A stretch of DNA of 20,000 nt from an uncultured virus (IMG/VR IMGVR_UViG_3300017771_000002) (taxonomy: Duplodnaviria; Heunggongvirae; Uroviricota; Caudoviricetes): IMG/VR virus record IMGVR_UViG_3300017771_000002. One strand, 5' to 3'. The translations under genes and the position numbers were made by a program. The notes below the pieces were generated by a model. It was given only the letters and a program-made list of their open reading frames with translations, did not search any database and was not told the origin of the DNA. The number at the start of each line of letters is the position of its first letter. Within the stretch, counting starts at the first letter, position 1. Below, piece by piece: positions 7,746-16,165 of this stretch.

Positions 7746-7848
7746 TTTTATTTTTGTTGTGTTTTTCTGTGATTTCAAAAAACGCGAGTTTGTTTCTCAA
7801 GGCGAGATACAATTCAACGCTTTTTAAGATAGATTTGACCAGAGACAT
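7582..7848 (-). CDS. Coiled-coil protein, i-spanin (Rz)-like candidate
   Basis: 88 aa with an amphipathic N-terminus and a helical/coiled-coil body. Carries the overlapping lipoprotein gene. TAATG-coupled to 7848-8021. Confidence 0.55.
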   Translation of the reverse strand: MSLVKSILKSVELYLALRNKLAFFEITEKHNKNKNELIEEIEKLRAIGDNESNDRADFLRGQLRAENNQFKHISTVFLEAQGGSADSD

Positions 7849-8021
7849 TACTTTGCTCGTTTTTTACTATTAAAAATCTCTTTTTCTCCATCATCTTGTA
7901 TGATTTTCACTGAGCCAGAGACGTATTTGGCGCAATTAATTGCTTCATCCTTTAAGAGGTATGAGTGATGATATTTCTTTCTTTTATCGTATACACGATA
8001 TTTTACTAATTCTTGATTCAT
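7848..8021 (-). CDS. Small hypothetical protein (57 aa), absent from the ORF track
   Basis: MNQELVKYRVYDKRKKYHHSYLLKDEAINCAKYVSGSVKIIQDDGEKEIFNSKKRAK*. Fills the gap exactly, with TAATG stop/start overlaps at both ends. Confidence 0.75.
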   Translation of the reverse strand: MNQELVKYRVYDKRKKYHHSYLLKDEAINCAKYVSGSVKIIQDDGEKEIFNSKKRAK

Positions 8022-8716
8022 TATGGTTTGAATTCTAAAGTTATATTCGCTACAAATGTTTTATCGTCAGAGATCATTCCTTCAATTAGACACTTACCTT
8101 CTCGTAAGGAGACGCGCTTTCCGTCAAAAAGATACTTCTGTTCATCAATACTGATTTGAGTAACACAAACATTTTTACCTGATTCCACGTTGATTATATC
8201 ATAATCTACAATTTTGTCTTGCAGATGTTTGCTGAGATCATTTGTGCCTACTACTTTAAGCTGTTTTTTCATCTTTTCTGTATTATACCATAGGACAGTT
8301 TGGTCCTTATTATTTAATATTATAGCTCTTTTATCGTATCTATCTATCCATTTTTTATAAAAATCGACTTTAAATGTCCTTCTAATCTCTGACTTAAAGT
8401 ATTTGTCATTTTTTTGTCGGACATGATCTAATATTGCATGAAAAGCTTTTATTTTGGTTGAATTTGAGCCTTGTTTATTACTGAATAAAAACTGTATGTG
8501 ATTATAAGTTTCGTACTCTTTTAAAAAAACATAACCAATATCGTCACAGTGGTAGACCTCACAATCACTACAGAACTCCTTAAAGTATCTTTTGACTGCA
8601 TTTACCCTCATAGTTCTAGATCCAGAACAAAAAACCTTGTAAGGCTTGGATCTCAAACAAAAATCGAGAAAGTCATCCCAAGCCTCTTCTTTATTGATTA
8701 ATTGTTTAATTATCAT
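8021..8716 (-). CDS. Hypothetical protein, possibly two fused units (second start ATG 8272)
   Basis: 231-aa ORF. Internal TGGTATAAT followed by an in-frame ATG (MKKQLKVVG). Confidence 0.7.
   Translation of the reverse strand: MIIKQLINKEEAWDDFLDFCLRSKPYKVFCSGSRTMRVNAVKRYFKEFCSDCEVYHCDDIGYVFLKEYETYNHIQFLFSNKQGSNSTKIKAFHAILDHVRQKNDKYFKSEIRRTFKVDFYKKWIDRYDKRAIILNNKDQTVLWYNTEKMKKQLKVVGTNDLSKHLQDKIVDYDIINVESGKNVCVTQISIDEQKYLFDGKRVSLREGKCLIEGMISDDKTFVANITLEFKP
8282..8290 (-). promoter_or_regulatory. Candidate extended -10 promoter (TGnTATAAT) inside the 8021-8716 gene
   Basis: Minus strand reads TGGTATAATacagaaaagATG, a perfect extended -10 consensus 9 nt before an in-frame ATG. Confidence 0.4.
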
Positions 8717-8742
8717 TTCTACAGGTTATAATAGTAGAAAAG

Positions 8743-8749
8743 GTGTAAT
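8743..8749 (+). promoter_or_regulatory. GTGTAAT motif heading the tail-gene operon
   Basis: GTGTAATattaaacATG(8757), the same motif and spacing as at 5758-5763 and 5800-5805. Confidence 0.55.
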
Positions 8750-8756
8750 ATTAAAC

Positions 8757-10727
8757 ATGGCGGTTGAAGGAAAAAATGAAGTAGCAAGAAGTTTATTAGA
8801 TTTGCAGCCAACTGCAATTCTAGAATTGTACAAAGTGTTTCCAGATACAGTGGGGTCGCCCAATAAATTCTTGAGTTTTCATGGTGGCTCCGTCTTTGCT
8901 AACAATGTGATTTGGCAAGGCGTACAATACATACCTATTCCTGTAGAGGCTGAAGGATTTGGAGTGTTCGGGGATGGGACTTTACCAAGACCTAAGATTA
9001 AAGTCAGCAATAACAACAATATTATTACTTATTTTTTAGGTAAATATAAAGATTTTAAAAACGCTAAAGTATTTAGAAAAAAAGTTTTTGTAAAACATTT
9101 AGATGACGTAAATTTTGATGGCGGGAACCCTTTTGGGTTAGCCAACTCTGATTCTGAGATCTCAGAAGAAAAGTATTTCATAGGGCAAAAAGTACAAGAA
9201 AACAAAGCTTTTGTTGAGTTTGAGTTAAATTTGCCATTAGATCTAGATAATTTCGATGTTAATCATAGAACTGTAAATGCCAAATACTGTTACTGGCAGT
9301 ATAGAGGTTTAGGTTGTCGGTATAATGGTTTACCAGTAGAACAGGAAGATGGATCAGCTTTTACTGATTCTAATAATAGTATTATAACTATAACGGATGA
9401 AGAGCAAATCAATTTTGACCAGCGATTTTATCAACCTGATTCTGGTTACTCTGTTGGTGAGACTGTTTACATTGAAGATTCGTCGATTATAATAGGCAGA
9501 TCGGAATATAATAATGACCCCATACCATACAGAACTTGGTATGTGTGTTCACAAGCTAATTCAGGGCAGCATCCAGAAGATAATCCCTCGTTTTGGCAAA
9601 AAGATGGTTGTACCAAAAAAATAGAAGCCTGTCAAAAGCGTTTTTCTAGCGCAAGTTTGGTGAAAAGTTTTATCGGAGAAGAGGAGGCGACATCTGACTA
9701 TTTAAATTTACACAGAACAGGTGAAGCTTCGTTCGCTACAACTGATGCGAATGTGACAGGGGTTTTTACTGGAGATGCTTGGACTTTATCAGTATGGGTT
9801 CGTGGTCAAGCCCAACATCAAGCTGACGATGGGCAATGGTATAATCCCGCTGTTTTCGCAACTCACGAATTACCAAGAACAGATTACAGGTTTACCCCAG
9901 CGGGAGATACGTTTGGCGATAATGATTTAATTAGAGCAAACTTGCATTTCTCAGACAGATCCTCTGATCAAGATGATAAAGGTCAATACTTAAATTTAGC
10001 CACTCCCACAGAAGACGGCACAGCAAATAAATTAACAAAAGTTCAAACTAAAATAGCATCTCAAGATAAGTTTCATTGCCTTATTTTCAGAAAAAACACT
10101 GATTCCACAATAAATATTTTAGTCGATCCTCAAAAAAATCAATATGGAAAAACTGTTTACTCCAGCACATTCACTATAAATATTGATGGTGGCAACACTG
10201 GAGTTGATTTTCTTTCGCTATTCTCCGACAAAACAGGCGATTTGAATGAAAAAATTTGTCTTGGGGGTGATATAGGTCAATTTTGTCTTTGGTCAGGCAG
10301 ACTTAATGACGATGAAGTTTGTCACATAGGTTCTACAAATGCAATATCGGATGCGGAAATATATTTAACAGATAATGGTTTGAAAAAGGCGACTCGTAAT
10401 TACTGCGATTATGTTCCTCTAAAATACAATGAAGCTACTGGGTATTTAGCCCCGCTTACAGGTTCGGACAGGCTTTGTGTTTGGTATGACATGCAGACAG
10501 GTTTAAGCTCTAGCAAGCTTATAATTCAAGACCAGTCCCATAATAACTTTGATATCACAGGCTTTGGAACCACGGGAGAATTTGAAAAACGCACGATAGA
10601 ATACACAAAAGGAAAATTCCAAGAATTTGTTCCGAATCAAAATGCTCAGTTTGAACTGCCTTTTGGGGGTTTCCCCGGAACAGATGGGTTCGATTATAAA
10701 TCTCAAGGATCTCAAAATAACATATGA
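8757..10727 (+). CDS. gpL: Lambda-like minor tail protein L (tail tip) with large insertions, including a LamG/ConA-like domain
   Basis: Start revised to ATG 8757 (MAVEGK). WQGVQYIPIPVEAEGF...LPRPKIKVSN, KVFVKHLDDVNF, VEFEL, CYWQYRGLGC...GCTKKIEACQKRF and LPFGGFPG. The four Cys match the gpL Fe-S ligands. Confidence 0.92.
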   Translation: MAVEGKNEVARSLLDLQPTAILELYKVFPDTVGSPNKFLSFHGGSVFANNVIWQGVQYIPIPVEAEGFGVFGDGTLPRPKIKVSNNNNIITYFLGKYKDFKNAKVFRKKVFVKHLDDVNFDGGNPFGLANSDSEISEEKYFIGQKVQENKAFVEFELNLPLDLDNFDVNHRTVNAKYCYWQYRGLGCRYNGLPVEQEDGSAFTDSNNSIITITDEEQINFDQRFYQPDSGYSVGETVYIEDSSIIIGRSEYNNDPIPYRTWYVCSQANSGQHPEDNPSFWQKDGCTKKIEACQKRFSSASLVKSFIGEEEATSDYLNLHRTGEASFATTDANVTGVFTGDAWTLSVWVRGQAQHQADDGQWYNPAVFATHELPRTDYRFTPAGDTFGDNDLIRANLHFSDRSSDQDDKGQYLNLATPTEDGTANKLTKVQTKIASQDKFHCLIFRKNTDSTINILVDPQKNQYGKTVYSSTFTINIDGGNTGVDFLSLFSDKTGDLNEKICLGGDIGQFCLWSGRLNDDEVCHIGSTNAISDAEIYLTDNGLKKATRNYCDYVPLKYNEATGYLAPLTGSDRLCVWYDMQTGLSSSKLIIQDQSHNNFDITGFGTTGEFEKRTIEYTKGKFQEFVPNQNAQFELPFGGFPGTDGFDYKSQGSQNNI

Positions 10728-11119
10728 ATATAAAACAAGCTTTACAAGTTATAGTTGACGAGTCAGAATCCAATTCTTTCGTAGAGATATGCGGTTTTTT
10801 AGGCTTCGATAACAAAAAAGGGACTTACGTTGTTCAAAATGAAAAAAATGTAGCTGAAGACCCTTCAAAGTATTTCATGATTGACCCCCTCAATTACTTG
10901 CTTTTTAAGGAGAGGTATGACTTGTTAGCGGTTTATCATAGCCACATCAATACAGACGCTGAACCCTCAGAGTTTGACGTAAAAATGTCGAATAATTGTT
11001 GTATACCTTTTTTAATATACAGTATCGAAACCAAAAAATTTGATCTTTATGAGCCACAAAATCTAGAAACAGATGTAAATACATACAACAGGTTTAAGGA
11101 GGATTATGACAACTATTAG
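10724..11119 (+). CDS. gpK: Tail assembly protein K-like, JAB/MPN domain only
   Basis: EICGFL...VYHSHINTDAEPSEFD is the JAMM motif (E...HxH...S..D). Lies between L and I. Confidence 0.9.
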   Translation: MNIKQALQVIVDESESNSFVEICGFLGFDNKKGTYVVQNEKNVAEDPSKYFMIDPLNYLLFKERYDLLAVYHSHINTDAEPSEFDVKMSNNCCIPFLIYSIETKKFDLYEPQNLETDVNTYNRFKEDYDNY

Positions 11120-11702
11120 ATTACATGGGATTTTAGCTCAAAAGTACGGCAAAGTGTTCAAAATGGACATTAGTAAGCCTAGAGATGTTATTAGAGCTAT
11201 TGATGCTAATAGGGACGGTTTTAGAAAAACTGTAATGGATTTGCAAAAAGAAGGTTTCTCTTATGAGATTTTAGTTAATAAAAAAAGACTCAATAAAGAA
11301 TCATTTTTAAATAGTAAAAAAGCTCAAGAAATAGACCTTGTGCCGTTTATTGTCGGGTCCGGTGTTGTTGAACTACTTGTAGCTTTAGCTATTAGTTTGA
11401 TTTCTGCGGTTATTCAATTTGCTTTAATGGACCCGGGGACTATTGATGGAGGCGAAAGCACTGTGGGCGGAGCTAATAAATCAATGATGTTTAGCAGTAG
11501 CCAAATTAATCTTGCCGCTCAAGGCTCCCCTCTTCCTATTGGTTACGGCAGGTTAAAAGTTGGATCAAGTGTGATTCAAGCGTCAATGAAATCTCTTCCT
11601 CAGACAGCTGACGCTCTTGACGGAATGGTTGCTAATCCTTTCGTGTCTGAAGGTAACAACCCTAACGCTGTTGAAATTGCTGACTCAAGACCATTATCAT
11701 GA
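11106..11702 (+). CDS. gpI: Tail assembly protein I-like
   Basis: IRLHGILAQKYG, IDLVPFIVGSG, a hydrophobic helix, and AAQGSPLPIGYGRLKVGSSVI. Confidence 0.9.
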   Translation: MTTIRLHGILAQKYGKVFKMDISKPRDVIRAIDANRDGFRKTVMDLQKEGFSYEILVNKKRLNKESFLNSKKAQEIDLVPFIVGSGVVELLVALAISLISAVIQFALMDPGTIDGGESTVGGANKSMMFSSSQINLAAQGSPLPIGYGRLKVGSSVIQASMKSLPQTADALDGMVANPFVSEGNNPNAVEIADSRPLS

Positions 11703-14700
11703 ACCACTTATCTAGAAAGAAAAAACTCTATGGAGCGGGTAAGAAAAAGCCTAAAGTCAAACCTGCTGTTTTACTTCCTCCTAAAATAGGCGAGTTTCAA
11801 TTTGGGTCATCTTTCAGTTACATTGAAACTTTAGATTTGATATCAGATGGGCCGATTGAGGGATTGGTGGATAGTGACGGCAATCTTTTAAATAAAACGG
11901 AGTTATCTAGGGGGGTTTATCTCGACGGAACCCCAGTTGCCATCTCTATCGAAGGGGAACAAGATCCTGATTCAGAGTTGTCTCTAGAAAATAATACAAC
12001 AGCTTCCACGAATATAACAACTTTTTTAAATTTAAATATAAAAGGAGGAAGTATCAAAGATTCAACGTTTGTTACTACAGAAAGAACAGGAGGTTTCGGC
12101 GCGAGCTTGTCCACATATTCTTCGGATATATCTTATTCAAATTTTGTTATCCAACATCATCCAACCTACAGGAATTTATTCGTTTTTGGTGGGGCAGCGC
12201 GTTTTGATTCCTTTGATAAAACAATTACACCAAAAGGTGGAGAGTTTAGAGTGATTAATTACCGAAGAGGCTATGATGGCGAGAGAAGGTTAGAAAAGAA
12301 ACATAACGTCTTTTCAGGTTTAGTGCAGCTAATGTGGAATAATAATAGCACAATAAGTGATTCCGACTGTTTTCTTTGTTTTACTAGATCCGATAATCCA
12401 GCTTATTCGAGAACAGACGACGCACAAGAGGGATTTACTGTCCCAGCTGATACCATTTTTCATACAAAACTTGGTCAGAGTGGCGATGTTAAAATTGGAG
12501 GAGAGGACTCTTCTGGAGTGAAATTCTTTCAAGACATTTTAAATGCATGGAGCAGTTACGGCCCCACCTCTGACGGGGGAGAAGATACAAACCCTTTCAT
12601 GAGAACGCTTATAGAGCAAAAAATGAATAAAGCTTTCGGCTCTGATCAATGGAAAACATCTAGTGCTTACGACCTTTATAGTGAATTTTTTCTTAATGAA
12701 ACACCGCGACGGAAATCAGGTTATATGGTCGCATATGTTCCAAATAGAACTGTGTTAAATAGTATGCCATCAGGTTTAACATTTAATGACGCGAGAGAGG
12801 TATCTTTAATACCTACCGAAGATAACGGTTTACTGTCACCAGTCTTTAAAGATTCCTCATACAAAGATTTATTAATACCAATTTTTAATACGATAGAAGG
12901 GGGAGCGGGTGAACTTCAAAAAGATCAAGATATATTAGGGGCATCGTTCATTTTTGTAGAGAATCAATACACACGGGGTCACTATCCTGAAAAAGTAAAA
13001 TCTTATAGGGCAATTGAACAAGAATTCAATATCACTAACTTGTTAATAAAGTTAAAAGCAGTCACAAAATTAACAATAACTCAAATTCCACAGGTTAATA
13101 CCCGTAGTGTTAAATACAATTATAATAACGTTTTACTTGAATTTAGAAAAGGTTACGAGGATCAAAAACCGTTCCATTACTTTAACAAAATCCATATAGA
13201 TAAAACTATAAACAAAAATGTTTATGGAGCTTTTAAAGCATCAGGTCAAGTTCAAAGAATAAAAAGAGACGATGCCAATAGAAAAGATGACTTCTCTATG
13301 GACCGAGCCGACTACTCTGGTCCAAATCTTACTCTTGAAAATGGCTTACCTACTAATGAGGGTAGTAATGACAACCTACGCGCAGGATCTGAGGCACTTT
13401 TCAAGGATTACTCTTCTTGGAATTCAACTAACAGTTCATACGATCTAAATGAAAGAGCTGCGCCAATAACATATTATGTCATTAATCCAAATGTCTCTGA
13501 GGTTTTCGTCACATTACAAATAGATTCTCTTTTTGATACTATTGAGCAGAGTTATAAAGGATCTGGGGATAATGTTTTTAAAGTTGGTGATAAATTCCCA
13601 GCTATCATGAATGTTGAGATTGAAGTGGGTAAAGTATTATCTAATGGGACGCTTCAACAAACGCTAACAAAAACTTATAGGATTTCAGCTCTTGTAGAAG
13701 GGACGACTGTTATCGATATAGGCAACCCTAGTAATATAAATAATCCCGAAAAATTTAAACATATTAGAGATTTTCAAAACTTAAGTGGCGATGCCGACTT
13801 ATCTACACCGTTTCCACTACCAAGAGTTAACGATTACTCATCGAACAATTCTTACTCTTCTCCAGAAAGGAGGTATGTTAAAGTAAGTAAGTTATCAACG
13901 GAGACATTCTCAGTTCTAATCTCCAAGGAATTAACGTTTGCTAAGGTGACGGAGATTATTCCAGTTAATTTAAAGTACCCATTCTCCGCGATAGTAGGGA
14001 CAAAACTTGATTCTAAAAGTTTCTCTTCTACGCCAGCAAGATCTTTTGATGCTAGATTAAAATTAGTCCTGATTCCAACAAACTATTTCCCAACTCAACA
14101 AACTAATAGGAAAAAAGATAAAAGATATTATGATGATGCGTCTGAACTCGCAAACGCTTCAGAAGAAGATAAATCTGTATATCAGGGAGATTGGAGCGGA
14201 GGGTTTAAAATGGGTTGGACTGATAATCCAGCTTAGATTTTATATGACCTTCTCACAAATACTCGATATGGTTTAGGCAGGTATTTAGATGAGGCCGACA
14301 TTAATAAATGGGAACTTTACAAGATTGGCAGATTCTGTGATGCTGTAAATTCAAATGGCGACTTTGAAGGCGTTCCAGATGGTAGGGGAGGTTTAGAACC
14401 TAGATACTCTTGCAATATCATGTTCAAGAGTGATGAAAAAGTTTTTGATTCTATACAGCTTATATCAAAACTGTTTAGGGGACAAACTTTCTTTAGAGCC
14501 TCAGAAGTTTCATTTGTTGATGAAAGGATCAAATCTCCTGTAGCTATATTTAACAATAATAACGTAAAAGACGGAGGATTTAATTATTCTAACCTAAGAA
14601 GAGATCAACAATTCAACACTGTTGAGGTTTCCTATTTAGATAGGTTTGAAAATTTCACACCAAAAGTTGAAGTCGTTGAGGATGAAGAGGATATTAGAAG

Positions 14701-16165
14701 CAGAGGTGTATTTAAAAAAAGAATTGATGGTTTAGGTGTGACATCCAGATCTATGGCTAGAAGAATTGGCCAACATTTGATTTACAAGACTATCAAAGAG
14801 AACCAAAGGATAGCATTCACTTCTGGTCTAGAAGCTTTACTGTGTCAGCCCGGGGATCTTATTCTTATTGACGACGATTTAAAGAATGAAAAATCTAACT
14901 TCGGTAAGGTTCTTAGCGTTGATGTAGATAACCAATATATTCAATTAAGTGGTCCATATTCTGAGACTTCTATGACGGGTATATTGACTGTGTATAATCC
15001 TACAGGAGAAGATTCAATAGAAAGTCTGAATGATATTGCTGGAACAAAAAGAGCCAGAACAGATACTTTTACTATCCCATTGGATAACACAAATTTTTTA
15101 GCCTCTTACAATTCATTCATTTCTATTTATTCGGGATTGTATAATTTTTCAGGGTATACAGATGGTTATGTGGATGATAATATAGATGATTTAACTACGT
15201 TTTCTGAGTATGCTTTGTATACAGGTACTGGAGATAACATGTTATACTTCGGCACGGGTTATACAGGTTGGACATTTGCAACGGGTCTTGAAGAAGCGAG
15301 TAGAGATTATGTAGCTAAATCAACAGGTGTTCAGAATCTGGCTCAATTAAATACTGGTATTGTTTCGACTTATTCTAGTGCTGGGGATAAAAGAGGAGCG
15401 ACAGACGTTGATATTTCAGGTCAAATCAGTGGCGATTTAGATGATTTAAATATTGGGGGCATATTAGAGTCAGAAATAACTCAAAATTCAGAACCTCACA
15501 TTATGACTTTTAATGTTGCGACAAGTGGAGTTGTCGATACTGGTGACGGATTTAGCTTTGTTAGCGGTGTAGATAAACCTGACTTCTTAAAGTTTATCAA
15601 GTTGGGTAGCCCATACAGATTTGATCTAATAAATTCGGATGATATCTTATACAAGATCGACTCTATTAAAGAAAATAGCCCTAATGAATATTTAGTATCT
15701 GCGGCTAAGTTTGATACTGGTAAGTTTTCGTTAATCGAAGATAATATATCTTTAGATAGAAAAGAAAACACATATGATTACAATGTTGCCACCACGATTG
15801 GCGACATAACCTACAGCGGATTGAAGGCTCCAGAGAATTTATCCATCACCACTGGTGTAGGTACAGAAACAGATACTTTCTTTATTAGTGGCGATTGGGA
15901 CGAGGTAGCAGAAAAATCAAGTTATAATTACGTTCTAAGTTTCCCTAGCAGTTTTAAAATATCAGAAAGTACGACAAACGAATCTGTCAAGTTTGACAAT
16001 TTAAGTTCTATAGGCAATTACGCTTTAAGCGTAAAAGCTATCGGATCTTCTTCGGATACTTTGAAAACTACAGATTCTGAATTCTCAACCGTAAGAACAT
16101 TCATTCTTTATCAAGCTTTAGAAGACTTTGATAGATCTTTTATAACAAATGTAACATTTAGCTAA
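11699..16165 (+). CDS. gpJ: Tip attachment / host-specificity protein J (central tail fibre), interrupted by one in-frame TAG at 14234-14236
   Basis: LDLISDGPIEGLV, VYLDGTPV, LKYPFSAIVG, WTDNPA*ILYDLLTNTRYGLG, EPRYSCNI, GVTSRSMARRIG, QPGDLILIDD and a C-terminal FN3-like segment. ORF-track entries 11699-14236 and 14420-16165 are in one frame separated by a single stop. Confidence 0.9.

Noticed and set aside
8646..8756. ORF-track N-terminal extension of gpL (similar extensions at 332, 3787, 7778, 17479, 19371)
   Set aside because: They overlap neighbouring genes or promoter motifs. Downstream ATGs fit the coupling and motif spacing better.
14420..16165. Independent 581-aa gene as listed in the ORF track
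   Set aside because: It is the in-frame continuation of gpJ. Conserved J motifs lie between the TAG and this ATG.
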